Virus record (IMG/VR): IMGVR_UViG_3300024264_000015
Span: 26,320-90,319 of that record
Reading direction: 5' to 3' (one strand)
DNA length: 64,000 nucleotides
DNA from: a virus
The notes under the pieces are model-generated. The model made no database searches. It was not told where the DNA came from and saw nothing but the letters and a program-made list of their open reading frames with translations. Shown here one piece after another: positions 29,803-41,400 of this stretch (positions are counted from its first letter, which is position 1; each line of letters starts with the position of its first letter). The translations under genes and the position numbers were made by a program.

Positions 29803-30135
29803 TTATGTTTGCTCCAAATAAGATAGAACTACGTCTATCGAGCTTGACGTGTTTGACTGTACTTTAATTGCATCACCAGCTTCTAATACTACTTTTGCGT
29901 CTCCACCAATTGGTGCGAGTGTTGAACCTGCTGGTATTTCTATTCCATGAACTATACTGATGTGATTAGTTGTACTTGCGTCATAAAATTGAGCAGTAGC
30001 ATTTATATCTGCGCCGCCAACATTACATAGATATAAACCTATAATCGTTGTTGTTGTTGAACTAGGACAAGTGTATACTGTAGATAAACTTGTTCCTATG
30101 TCATTTCCTGTTGCTGTTTTAAATGCTGATGCCAT
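29803..30135 (-). CDS. small virion structural protein
   Basis: TVYTCPSSTTTTIIGL...KVVLEAGDAIKV...DVVLSYLE; beta-rich type seen in aquatic phage tail regions. Confidence 0.6.
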   Translation of the reverse strand: MASAFKTATGNDIGTSLSTVYTCPSSTTTTIIGLYLCNVGGADINATAQFYDASTTNHISIVHGIEIPAGSTLAPIGGDAKVVLEAGDAIKVQSNTSSSIDVVLSYLEQT

Positions 30136-30139
30136 AATC

Positions 30140-30349
30140 TTATCCTAATGCTATCGAGAAAGCTACTAGGTCATCTGTTGTTAATGCTCCTGGTACATGA
30201 CTGGCTATAGTTATTATTGAGCCGTCTGCTTTCTTTGTATAAATCTTTTGGTCAGCCACATTCATAGCAAGTTCATGTGTTTGTAAATCGCTTGACTGTG
30301 GCACAGATAATGCTGTTTCTGACCTTTTTGGTTTAATAACGTGAGACAT
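30140..30349 (-). CDS. fibre-attachment protein (Mtd/hyaluronidase N-terminal-like)
   Basis: IKPKRS...P...L.THELAMNVADQKIY; related to the N-terminus of 30352-31995. Confidence 0.55.
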   Translation of the reverse strand: MSHVIKPKRSETALSVPQSSDLQTHELAMNVADQKIYTKKADGSIITIASHVPGALTTDDLVAFSIALG

Positions 30350-30351
30350 TC

Positions 30352-31995
30352 TTAGAAAGTACCTCCGTCTAATGTGTTAGTCCATGTTATTGTTCCGTTG
30401 TTTCCTACTTGTAATACTTGTCCTACAGAGTGTGTAGAGTCGTATGTTCCGATTGATAAAGAAGCAAAAGAGCTACCACCATTTGCACCATATAATAGTG
30501 TACCTTCTGGTAGTGCGCTTACTCCTTTTAATCTTGCTGTGTCTGAATTAAGTTCTATTGTAGTATTATCTACATTTACAGATAATGTATTTCCTGATTT
30601 TGCTAAACCGTTTCCTGCTGTAACACTACCAGCTCCTGAGAACTGTGTAAATGTTAAACTATCTGTACCAATGGAAGCTGAGCCAGTTATGTTTGAAAGT
30701 ACAAAACCTGCATCTGCATCACTACCTTCTTCAACAAATGTAAACATACCACCAGTAACTTCTGCTGCACTGTCTGCATCTGTTGTTCTTGTAAGAACGT
30801 ATGGGTTTCCAACATCACCTACTGTTGTTACAGAGTAGATACCGTTTTGTTTTCCGTCTGTCTGTGCTTTTACAAGTACTCTGTCTCCAGATGTTAAGTT
30901 AGTGCTATCTATAGAAACCGCACCATTACCACTTGCTGTAAGTGTTGCACCGACGCCACTAGTACCATTATTATAAGTTGTATTTAAATTACTCTGTGAG
31001 CCAACTCTTACTGAATCTTTGATATCTAGTGCTTGTTTTACAGAATCAACATATGCTTTAGTTGTAGCATCAGTTGCTTGTGCTGGAGTACCAATATTAG
31101 TTATTTTGTTACCGCCCATATCAACTGTTTGTGAGCCTGCGACTGTTAAGCCACCATCAAAGTCAGCTGATTGTGTGAATGTTGCTGTACCAGTAACTGT
31201 TACTGTATCTCCTGAATTATCTCCAAGAATAACATTACCGTCTGCTTTTAACTGTCCGTCTACTTCTAAGTTTGAAGAGAAAGTCGCATTATTAGTTACT
31301 GCTAATGTACCTGCGATTGCTGTATTACCTTCTCCGCTTGTTACTGTGAATTTGTCTGTGTTAATTGTTAAGTTACCAGCAGCTGATATAGCTCCATTAG
31401 AAGATAAAGAATTAACTGTTGCAGAACTTGATACATCTAAAGTACCATTTAAATCTACGTTCTTGCCAAGTTCAATTTCTTCACTACCGTTTGTGGTAAT
31501 TAATTTAATATAAGAAGTACCGCCTTCATTAATATCTAACGCTGCTGCATTATCATCTAAGATAGTGATTGAGTTAGATTGTGAGGCTAAAGATAAAGTA
31601 CCTCCATGAGTGACTGTTACTGTACCAGCTGCATTTAATCCTAATGCTCCTGCTGATGAAATTGTTATGTCGCCACTTGTTACTGTTTTTAAAGTAAGTG
31701 CTGAAGCTGAAGTTGCTAATGTATTGTTAGCACCTGTAATTGCTGTAGCCCCAGTAAGTATTCTATCTATTTTACTATCTGAGCCAACAATAACTGCTGA
31801 GTTAGCTGTTAAAGTCCCATGTGCATGGTCGAGCATTGCAACATACAAATCTCCACCGATTGTTGTTACTGCTGAACTACTAGGGTGACCTATAAATAGC
31901 TTTTGCGAATTAGAAGAATACGCTAACTCACCAGCACCTAACGAGGTAGGAGCAGCGGTGGAACTACTTCTTTTGATTTTAATGGTTTGTGCCAT
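30352..31995 (-). CDS. tail fibre protein
   Basis: IKIKRS...GELAYS N-terminus, DATTKAYVD, GDRVLVKAQTDGKQNGIY, C-terminal LDGGTF. Confidence 0.8.
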   Translation of the reverse strand: MAQTIKIKRSSSTAAPTSLGAGELAYSSNSQKLFIGHPSSSAVTTIGGDLYVAMLDHAHGTLTANSAVIVGSDSKIDRILTGATAITGANNTLATSASALTLKTVTSGDITISSAGALGLNAAGTVTVTHGGTLSLASQSNSITILDDNAAALDINEGGTSYIKLITTNGSEEIELGKNVDLNGTLDVSSSATVNSLSSNGAISAAGNLTINTDKFTVTSGEGNTAIAGTLAVTNNATFSSNLEVDGQLKADGNVILGDNSGDTVTVTGTATFTQSADFDGGLTVAGSQTVDMGGNKITNIGTPAQATDATTKAYVDSVKQALDIKDSVRVGSQSNLNTTYNNGTSGVGATLTASGNGAVSIDSTNLTSGDRVLVKAQTDGKQNGIYSVTTVGDVGNPYVLTRTTDADSAAEVTGGMFTFVEEGSDADAGFVLSNITGSASIGTDSLTFTQFSGAGSVTAGNGLAKSGNTLSVNVDNTTIELNSDTARLKGVSALPEGTLLYGANGGSSFASLSIGTYDSTHSVGQVLQVGNNGTITWTNTLDGGTF

Positions 31996-32015
31996 GATTA
32001 TTTCCTATCGAGCTA

Positions 32016-32396
32016 TTAAAAGCTCCCTGCGTCTACCGTGTCTGAGTCGGCTGAATTGTTACCTATCATTATAGGGACAAATTCAAAGTTTCCACTCGAT
32101 GTTTCACGGTAAATCTTTAACTGATTATCATCAGTATCATAAAATAAATCTCCTTCAGCCAAGTCTGTTGTACTTGATGTAGGAGCTGTTGTTGAGACAA
32201 AGAATTGATTTGCTAGAAAGTTAAGTGCACCTTCTACAGTCGTTTCACTTGCCAGTGTACCTACAGGATTAGAGAGACTAATTCCTGCAGCGTCATCAGC
32301 TGTACCAGCAATTGCGTTAGATATTGTTAGAGTTGTACTTTGAGATGTAGCACTGATGCTTGTATTATTAGGAGTAATAGTTATCGTTGTTGCCAT
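32016..32396 (-). CDS. tail-associated structural protein
   Basis: TTAPT...EGDLFYDTDDNQLKIY motif, C-terminal VDAGSF. Confidence 0.6.
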   Translation of the reverse strand: MATTITITPNNTSISATSQSTTLTISNAIAGTADDAAGISLSNPVGTLASETTVEGALNFLANQFFVSTTAPTSSTTDLAEGDLFYDTDDNQLKIYRETSSGNFEFVPIMIGNNSADSDTVDAGSF

Positions 32397-32734
32397 TATC
32401 TTGTTACATTTGGTGTAACTCTTGCTACACCCTCGATTAATCTAGTCATGCTTGAGGCTGATGAATTGAATAATTCTAAATCATAGTAATACTTTCCTGC
32501 CGCAACGTTTGCTGTTACAGTATAAGGCAAAGCCATTTTTATAGTTCCATTGGCGGAGTCTATAACTGTACAGGTAAATGTTGCTGAGAGAGTATTTGAA
32601 GTAGGAGTAGGTCTTAATTGTGCAGTTGCGGTGTGATTTGATAAGTTTATTGGTTCGCCATCTTGGGCAAGACTGAGCGACAAAGCGAAATCTGCGCCCT
32701 GGTCGATAACTATATCATATTTTCCTGCTGCCAT
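32396..32734 (-). CDS. fibre-anchoring/baseplate-upper-like Ig-fold protein
   Basis: YDIVIDQGADF...GKYYYDLEL...RLIEG...VTPNVTR. Confidence 0.65.
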   Translation of the reverse strand: MAAGKYDIVIDQGADFALSLSLAQDGEPINLSNHTATAQLRPTPTSNTLSATFTCTVIDSANGTIKMALPYTVTANVAAGKYYYDLELFNSSASSMTRLIEGVARVTPNVTR

Positions 32735-32755
32735 ATTTGTACTCCTATATGCTAA

Positions 32756-32784
32756 ATTATATCAAAAACTTGAGGTGGTGTCAA
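32756..32784 (-). promoter_or_regulatory. sigma70 promoter driving the fibre operon
   Basis: Minus strand AAAAATAGTTC-TTGACA-17 bp-TATAAT. Confidence 0.85.
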
Positions 32785-32813
32785 GAACTATTTTTGAGGG
32801 GTATATGCTTAAC

Positions 32814-32999
32814 CTACGAGTTTGGGAATTTATCTTTGACGGCCTTTCTAGCTAGATAAAATTGTCCAGTTTTTGCTGCGTCACCAAACTTGCCATCATC
32901 TATATCGTGGTATAGTAAATCCAATTGCTCTCTTAGCATTGTATAGTATTTTGCTCTTTGTTGTGCTGGAGTGTCCCCTTTACTTAAATTTATATTCAT
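32814..32999 (-). CDS. small hypothetical protein (fibre-assembly-like)
   Basis: RAKYY...EQLDLLYHDI...KAVKDKFP motif typical of aquatic phage tail regions. Confidence 0.6.
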   Translation of the reverse strand: MNINLSKGDTPAQQRAKYYTMLREQLDLLYHDIDDGKFGDAAKTGQFYLARKAVKDKFPNS

Positions 33000-33415
33000 T
33001 GTCCGTACCTCTTTACATTTACTGTTGTTCCACTATGTTGTTTATAATGGAGTTTTTTAAATTTTATTACGTATTGCCCTGGTTCTTGTATTGTTAATGT
33101 TAGGGTAGTATCTGACATAACTCCCATAGATTCGCCATCTTTAAATACTTCTGTACCTACTGGAACTCCAGTTACATTAACTACTTCGTCTATTGCAGGT
33201 GTAGTTGTAGAAAAAGTAAAATCAAATATTGATTTCTCTACTAAAGCAGTTGCGTCACTATTTAAATGAAAATCACCATCGGGTAAATTTTCAGATTCTA
33301 AGGCAACGTGACTGTTTCCTAAATCTGATTGTGCACTTTTTATTGCATCATTTATTAGTCCTGTAGTAGACCACACTATTTCTTTATTACTATTATAAAA
33401 TATATTATATATCAT
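32996..33415 (-). CDS. hypothetical tail protein
   Basis: ATG at 33415 with GGAGA SD and ATGA overlap with the upstream stop. Confidence 0.6.
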   Translation of the reverse strand: MIYNIFYNSNKEIVWSTTGLINDAIKSAQSDLGNSHVALESENLPDGDFHLNSDATALVEKSIFDFTFSTTTPAIDEVVNVTGVPVGTEVFKDGESMGVMSDTTLTLTIQEPGQYVIKFKKLHYKQHSGTTVNVKRYGQ

Positions 33416-34032
33416 AAACTTTCTCCGTTTAAAAAATTCTCTGCTGTAAATATTATACAACTCCAAAAATAACGAGCATTAGTATTAACAGAACCAGCTG
33501 ACATAAACCCAGTACCTGCATTTGGGTTAAAATCATCATCATGATACTGGCCCACGCTGTTGTGTAATACTATAGTGTTATTTGTTGTGCTACTTACTTG
33601 TAATCCGCTATACGCCCCCATACCTGGAAATACTACTTCATCTCCATCTTCGTCTCCTTCTTCAGTACGCTCACTCAAATCAATATTATAACTAAAAGGA
33701 GGGTAAGTTTCAGTTGCTACTCCACTGCTGATTTGATTAAAAGTACACCATCTGACTGCAAAACAAGGTACATAACCTAAATTATGTGTTATTGTAGTTG
33801 TATGTTGATTATAAGTAACATTATTATAAGTAAAACTAATTTGTGTTCCGTTATATGTTTGAACATTTGGGACTAATATTCCTTGTGAAGCAGAATGTAC
33901 AATAAGACTTTCTGCAGCTCTTGAATCAAATCCTAAAGGTTGATTAGAATTTGTTACATCTTGTCCTGCCCTAGAAACAAATAGACCATAATCTGTACTT
34001 CCTCTTTTTCCTAATAATACTCTATTTGCCAT
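33412..34032 (-). CDS. tail-tip protein, MANR paralogue 3
   Basis: N-terminus MANRVLLGKRGSTDYGLFVSRAGQDVT. Confidence 0.65.
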   Translation of the reverse strand: MANRVLLGKRGSTDYGLFVSRAGQDVTNSNQPLGFDSRAAESLIVHSASQGILVPNVQTYNGTQISFTYNNVTYNQHTTTITHNLGYVPCFAVRWCTFNQISSGVATETYPPFSYNIDLSERTEEGDEDGDEVVFPGMGAYSGLQVSSTTNNTIVLHNSVGQYHDDDFNPNAGTGFMSAGSVNTNARYFWSCIIFTAENFLNGESL

Positions 34033-34514
34033 TAGAATATCGCCAAGTTTGAGTATCTAGGTACTACAAATGATTTTACATTTACAGATAGAGTTCCTGT
34101 ATTTTCTATGCTTATTGTTTCTAAAGACTCACTTACACTGAAATCATACGATAGTGCACCAGATGCAGAACTATATGTTGTTGGGGCTAAAAGTCCGAAA
34201 CCTATAAAACCAAAATCAATTCCAAAATCTATACTACTTAAATCTAAAGTTGCTGTACTTCCTGCACTAACAGTAGTGGTGACTGTAGTAGTGGTTCCTC
34301 CTCCTACTACAGGTATAGGAGCAAGTTGGTACATAGATATTATTCTTCCTAAACTAGTTCCTACCCCGTTGTCAGTATTAAATATTAATTCATCTGCCGT
34401 ACAAGTGGTTACATCTTTCCCAGGTCTTGATATGTATAATCCATACCCAGGACTTCCAGCACTATGTCCGTGATTGCTATTTATATTTTTTCCTAATATT
34501 AATCTATTTGCCAT
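34032..34514 (-). CDS. tail-tip protein, MANR paralogue 2
   Basis: N-terminus MANRLILGK...YGLYISRPGKDVTT. Confidence 0.65.
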   Translation of the reverse strand: MANRLILGKNINSNHGHSAGSPGYGLYISRPGKDVTTCTADELIFNTDNGVGTSLGRIISMYQLAPIPVVGGGTTTTVTTTVSAGSTATLDLSSIDFGIDFGFIGFGLLAPTTYSSASGALSYDFSVSESLETISIENTGTLSVNVKSFVVPRYSNLAIF

Positions 34515-34516
34515 AA

Positions 34517-35419
34517 TTATCCAAAGTAAGTGCTTGTCATATATCCATAAGCACAGGGTATTCTTAATACAAAGAAACTTGCATTAATCATTTCTGTTTG
34601 TTGTGGTATCTCTGCATTATTATAAGTATAATTTCTTCCAATAGAAACAGGAGCTCCTACGTCAGTACCATTTGCACCTTGAGAAGTTGGACTATCTGCA
34701 GCAGCTTCTACTGGGTACATTGTACTAGAAGTTGTTTTAAATAAACTTAGTCTATTTACAGATTCATATATTTCTTCTTCTTCCTCTTCACCTTCGTAGC
34801 CTCCTCCGTGTTGTTCTGATAAAACTATTAAAGGTACATACCCTAAACTCGGCTTTATTGTCCCCGAACCAGTTAGAAAATTTACTCCAGTAGAAGATAG
34901 CTCTGGATAATCATAAGTTCCTCCAGCTATTCCTATAAATGTTTCTAGAGAATTGGATGCAGGATAACTTATTACCATATCAGAGGTTGTTTTCATAAGT
35001 GTTAATCTATGGTCGACACTAGAAAGATTGCTTGTAAGAGCTGTTACTCCTGATATACTTGCAGCATTAATATCTGCTTTCATATTGTCTACAGTAGTAA
35101 AAGTGACACCAGACGATGTTGTTGTTGTGCTAAGAGTTACTGTTGTTCCATCTATTATTATTTTCTTTCCTGTTAAATTTACTGGGTTAGTAAATGCTGT
35201 ACCAAATCTATTGACTGAGCCTCTTACATATGCTTCTTGGTCTGCTGAGTAGTCTACAAAATTTAATCCTGCACCTCCTGCATATATTTGTCCTGTTCTA
35301 TTTTTTGTGGAGTCAAAAATCATATCTTTATCTGCTCCAGTAGTAACGTCAGTACCTGCTCTAGATACTTTTAATCCATAGGTGCTTCCTATGTCTCCTA
35401 ATAATACTCTATTTGCCAT
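34517..35419 (-). CDS. tail-tip protein, MANR paralogue 1
   Basis: N-terminus MANRVLLGDIGSTYGLKVSRAGTDVTT; TAATG overlap with J. Confidence 0.65.
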   Translation of the reverse strand: MANRVLLGDIGSTYGLKVSRAGTDVTTGADKDMIFDSTKNRTGQIYAGGAGLNFVDYSADQEAYVRGSVNRFGTAFTNPVNLTGKKIIIDGTTVTLSTTTTSSGVTFTTVDNMKADINAASISGVTALTSNLSSVDHRLTLMKTTSDMVISYPASNSLETFIGIAGGTYDYPELSSTGVNFLTGSGTIKPSLGYVPLIVLSEQHGGGYEGEEEEEEIYESVNRLSLFKTTSSTMYPVEAAADSPTSQGANGTDVGAPVSIGRNYTYNNAEIPQQTEMINASFFVLRIPCAYGYMTSTYFG

Positions 35420-38400
35420 TAGTCTGTAATTAAAATCCTCCCATTTGTTCCGTCTATTGTTATATTTCCTACTACTATGCTTCCTCCAGAAGCAACACTC
35501 ATACTTGAAGTTACGTTTCCTGATGAATTTATAGCAGTGCCATTGTGTGTGGCTTTTCGTACACTTGCTACATTTATACCACTTGAATCTGATGTTATTT
35601 GAGCATCCGCTGCTGTTAGTGTTATATCATTATTTGAGCCATTATTTAATCTTAAAAGCCCTGTACTTGGTCTGCTAAAACTAATTTGGTCATTTTTTAA
35701 TGCGCTTGGAGCTCCTGCGCTTTGTATAACAGTAGTTCCTTTCTTAATTCTAACTGTAGTTCCACTATAGTCAATATCTAAATCACTGTTTCTTACGTCA
35801 ACGTCACTCAATACAGTACCATTAGCTTGTTTAAGGTTAGTACCTGCTATAGCTCCTACTGTAGCTCCACTAGCTGGTAGTGTACTAAATACTTTACCAC
35901 TTCCTGATATATCTGAAGATACAATACTAGCATTCTTTAAAGCATCAGGAGCTCCTGCGCTTTGTATAACAGTAGTTCCTTTCTTAATTCTAACTGTAGT
36001 TCCACTATAGTCAATATCTAAATCACTGTTTCTTACGTCAACGTCACTCAATACAGTACCATTAGCTTGTTTAAGGTTAGTACCTGCTATAGCTCCTACT
36101 GTAGCTCCACTAGCTGGTAGCGTACTAAATACTTTACCACTTCCTGATAAATTGGTAGATATTATTTTATCATTTGAAAGTACTACACTATTAAATGCGG
36201 AACTTGCTCCTGTTATTTTTCCATTACTATCTATACTAATACCGTCATTTTTTACAGCACCTTGTGAAGCTCCGTCAATAAATAAATTATTACCTGTTAC
36301 TGCTGTTTCATTTGCGTTGTTTGATACTCCTGATAAATTTATTAAACTTTGGGTTAAACCTCCAGTACTACCATTTGTTATTGTTGTACTTCCAAATTTT
36401 ATTTTTAAAGAAGTTCCATCTTGGAAAAGATTTAATTGTTCGTTACTTATTTTGTCAGGTATATTACTCTCAGAAAATTGTTTTACGTCATCTACATTAG
36501 TAAGTCCAACGTCTGCTTTTCCAAGTCCAACATCAGTATTTGCTCCTGTATTTGTAAGTCTAATTTGTCCGTTTACTTTACTTAAAACGATTTCGTCATT
36601 TCTGTATTTATCAGTAATTACAGCTTCTTTATAAGTTATAGAATTATCGGGTCTAAATTTAATTTTATTATTAGTATCATCTATAACAATATCTATGTTA
36701 TCTGGGTCAAAGATTTCCCACTTACCTCCTGCTGGTCTAACAGGGCCTGAAGTAATTGTTAAGCCAGTTGTACTGTCAAAAGTAGCCTCTTTTACTGTAA
36801 AAGTTGCATGGGCAAAAGGAACTACTCCTAAAGTCTGTGACCATCCGCTTGTAAGTCCTGATAAAGTTTTTGTTGTAAAATTAAAGCCTGTTGCAGTTGG
36901 AGCGCTTGGTAAAGCACCATATGCCCAAGCATCGTAAAATACTTGTACTGTTTCTGTTCTTGGTTGTTGTGCTTCTGACTGTATTGCTGGTGTTGACCAT
37001 TCGCCTGTTGCAACAACATCTGTTGCTGTGTTTGAGGTTGCAGTTGCAGAACAACTCCATAAATATTGAGCTGTACCTGTCGGTACTTCATTTAATGACC
37101 ATCCATCTAAGTCTGCTGTGTTTGTTACTGAAGAACTAGCGAATGTATATGTTACATTTCCATTTGGTACTGCCGGTGCAGAACTTCCACTAGTACTTCT
37201 TTTATAAAGTGTTAGAGTTGCTGTATTATTACCATCTGTACCATTTGAACCTTCTATTCTTGTAGGTTCTTGCCATGTAGTTTTGAATCCATAATTTCCG
37301 CTTACTATACTAAACTGTGTTGTTCCTTTGGATACCCATATTGGATTACTACCTGAAGGTACATCTCCTATATCATTATACCAGTTAGTTGGTATAACAG
37401 GAAAGTTTGTTATAGCAGGCGCATTTGGTTGAGTTGCACCTCTTTGAAATATAAACTCTACCTGATTTTGTGGACTCTTAGAATTACCTGGTGCAGACCA
37501 GGATAAACTTCCAGAAGTATTAGCTGTTGAACTTTCTGTAGCAAGAGCTTCTGATGTCCAATAAATTGCCCCCTCTGCATCTTCGGGTATTGCTTGTTGC
37601 CATCCTGAAGATATACTTGCTATGACTCCATTACCAAAATAATATACTCCAGAACTAGGAGCTGTTGGTAGTGTAAATGAGTTATTATTAAATGTTGCTG
37701 GATAATATAGAATTAACTCTTTTACTTTTCTGCCGTCAGTCCCTGGTGCACCATCATCTCCTACTTTTGATTTTGTGAATGTTTGTGCTTTTGTGAGTGT
37801 TACTTGATTTTCTATATTTATACTATATTCTATTTCTGAAAGGTCTACACCATTTGCAACACCACTATGGTCTGCGACTGTAATATTTTTTTCACTTCCT
37901 GTATTTAAAGTAAAACTTCCTACAGTTATATTAGTTGCTGTAGTAGTTACATCGTATTGATTTGTTGAAGGAGTACCTGTGTTTGCTACTGGAGTAAGTT
38001 GTGTTGCTCCTTTGTATACTTCTATTTTTGTTCCTGAACCTGCAAAACTACTTACTGCTCCAGTATTTGATGCTGGAAATGCGTGTGCTTCGTTTGTAAT
38101 AATAGCAGTGTATGCTGGTGCGCCATCCACCCCTTGACTTCCTTGTTGTAGTGAGGTAAGTGTAATGGTATCAAATGCAAGTTCTGTTTGATTTGCTTCT
38201 GATACACCAACTTTAATTGTTTGTGGAGCAGTATTTATAGTTGAAGGAATACTAAAACTAAAGGTATCTGATGCATTATCTGCGCCATCTGTAAAAGTGC
38301 CTTCATCAGATATACCATCTCCTGTAAATCTAAAGTATGGATTAGAAAAATTTTGTGAGGTTGCGGTTAGTGTAATTGTTCCACTAGGATTTGGCGTTGT

Positions 38401-41400
38401 CCCATCTGCTGCATAAATTATTGAGTAGTCACTTGCAGTTAAATTTACTGTTCTTGAATCTGTACCAGCTCCAGCTGCTCCAGGTATACTTTTACCAAGA
38501 GAAACTACTCTTGTTCCTATTGTTTCACTAGTACCTCTATCAGTTATAGTAACTACAAAAGAAGCTGTATCTGCTGTTATTGCTGTAACAGTAATTGCAC
38601 CATTACTAGAGTTTACTACTGTAGTACAGTTTGTATCTGCAGTAGCTATTCCAAACGTATTTGTTGCTGTGCCACTACTTGCAAAAGTATAGCTTATAGT
38701 GCCTTTATTAACTGTGTATAAATTTGAAAAACTTGAGAAATCACTAACAACTCCAGCTGCATTTGAAGGGAAGTTATGGTTTTCATTTGTACCGTTTATA
38801 CTGTAAGCATCTCTTCCTCTGTTTCCACTAGAAAAATTAATTAGTGAGAATACTCCACCTGTATTACTTATTGAAGCTAGTATACAATCTTCTGCATTTG
38901 AGATTCTAAGAGCTTGTCTAAATACATTCTTACCGCTATATGCTCTTGTTGAAACTGTTGATAAGCTAAGTTCTGTATCGCTTGTTATATGACTTACTGT
39001 AGAAAAGAATCTAGTTGCGCCAGCAGTGTCTATTATTATGACATCTCCTGGTTGAAAGTCTGTTGTAAATGCGGTGCTACTTCCTGAAACTTCTGTTGAG
39101 TTTGCAGCTAAAGTTATAGTACCACTTGCTTGTACAAAATCTTCATTTGATTCTCCAAGTCTTTTTGTATATTTAAAATAGTTTTCAGTACCATCTATGT
39201 CTGTTGTTGTTTCTTCTGTATGAAATACTATAGGTTGTAACAAGTCAGTACGAGTTGCTCCTCGTGATAAACTACCGTCATGGTCTAGTAATAGATATCC
39301 AGTTTGTCCATCTGATAAATTATTAAAATCTGCTTGTGTTGTAAATGCTGTGTTTCCAGAACTAACTGTTATTGTACTTTCTTCTTCGGAACTTGGTGAA
39401 TCAAAGGTATAAGAGCTACTTGCAAAAGTTACAGTACCATTTGAAGATTCTATGTTTATAGGGCAAGATAATATACCCCCTTTCATTATACCTCCATTTA
39501 ATCCTTCTCCAAGAGTAGGTACGCCGAAAGGTAAAATTTTGTCTTCATTTACAGTAAGCCTTCGTTGTGTCCAAGAAGAAGTAACACCTAAACTATTTAT
39601 TGTTCTAACTCTAACTATTATCTCACCGACTCCGCTAACTTCTGAAAGATTATAAGAAGTAGTATTTAAACTAGGAAGACTTACTCTAATAAACTTATCT
39701 GGGTCATCTGCACCTGGGTGTCTGTATGCGATTTCATATCCTGCTAAATGTTCATAGACATCATTAATAGCATTGCCATTATCGTCTAGTCTTGTTGTTA
39801 CAGGATGTTGCCATGAAATTAACAAATCTCTATCTGTACTAGAACCTACTTCTGAACCGAATCCTGAAGCTACCATTTCAAGAGCTAGGCTTGTAGGTGC
39901 TGGGACTGCGTCACTATCTTTAGGCGGTTGCATTATTTCAGGAACATCTGGTATTATATATCCTCTATCTATTTTTGTAAACTTTTCTATTTTGTATTCT
40001 TGCGCAGTTATAGCAAAAGACATATTTTTAATATCTTCTTTTATAGAATTTACTATATATTGTTTTAAACTTCCTGCTACGTTAGCTCCATCTTCTTCTT
40101 GTCCTGATACTGTGTAAATAACTTCAGCATTTGGTACAGATGAAAAAGCAGAGCTAACAGTTACTGATGTAGTATTAAATGAAGATATTGGTTTAGTTTC
40201 TACTCTTACTTGGTCTGACCAAAATAATTGAACTATACTACCTGAATCATCTCGCACATTAGCGGCTTTAGCGTCTGTATCTATAGCTGCTCCGCTTTCA
40301 TCTAGTAGTACTAAGTCTCCTTGCTTATAATCTACAGAATTTATAGTTGCACTCTGTTGTGTTAAATATGCGCCCCCTTTAGGGTAGATTAAATGAAGAT
40401 TAAAATTGTCAGTTGTATTTAAAAAACTACTTATATCTCGGTCTGTTTTTATAACTGTAGTAGTAGAACTAGAAGTTGTTGTTATTCTACCACTTGCTAC
40501 TACATCATGAATATCTGGGTCTTGTACATTTATTACATCTCCAGGTCGTAACATTGCTCCATTTATACCAGTAGTAAAAGTAACAACTTCTTCTTCGTTT
40601 AACTCAGAAAATAAATGCCATTTACCATATCGCATTGCTTGTCCTTTAGAAGTACAACCAAATGCTGTTACGTTTTTCGTTTTAAGTATACCTGTTTTAG
40701 CTATATTACTGCTGTCTTCTATAACTACTGTATCTTGTTTAAATTGTTTTTCTGGGTTATTCCAAGTTACTATTACTTGGTTGTGTTTAAATCTGGTTGA
40801 AGTTCCTGTATAATTAAAAATACCATCTACTACGTTTGCCTTTGTAAAAGTATATACTGCACCTTTTTGTATATTAGCACCTAAAGTAACTCCTCCGTTC
40901 CACCAGATTAACATACTTCTCATTGTAGCACTAAAATCTTTTAATATTTTTATAGCATTGGATGATTTTTGAATATAAACATTACACTCAAATCTAGGTT
41001 CTTGTCCGCCTTTTCCATCTGGTACGAGTTCATCACAATACTTTGCTAATCCAAATAAAGTATATTTGTCTATTTGTGAAAAATCAAAATTCGGATTAAT
41101 ATATTGTCCTAATCCATATCTTTGATTAGTCATTAAATCCATAAAAATCCATACAGGATTACTAGTATATACTGCATCGTAATTTGCGTGTCCAGGAGCA
41201 AATGTTTTTAAGTCTCCTCTAAAATTACCATCCCAATCTACATAATTTGAAGTATCTGTACCATTAGTAATATTTCTTGTATAAGAAGGAGTTGTTCTTC
41301 TTACAGAACTTCCTTTTATTAATTCATCTTTTGGAAAATAATTAGTTGGAACTTGTACTTTCAGTCCTCTTATTTCATAACTTCTTTTTGGTATTGATGA

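Noticed and set aside
26296-31888. Long + strand ORFs antisense to the tail fibres
   Set aside because: They are antisense shadows of Ala/Ile/Thr repeat genes.
35708-36149. Diversity-generating retroelement TR/VR pair
   Set aside because: There is only one mismatch, both copies are in frame in the same gene, and no reverse transcriptase is in the window.
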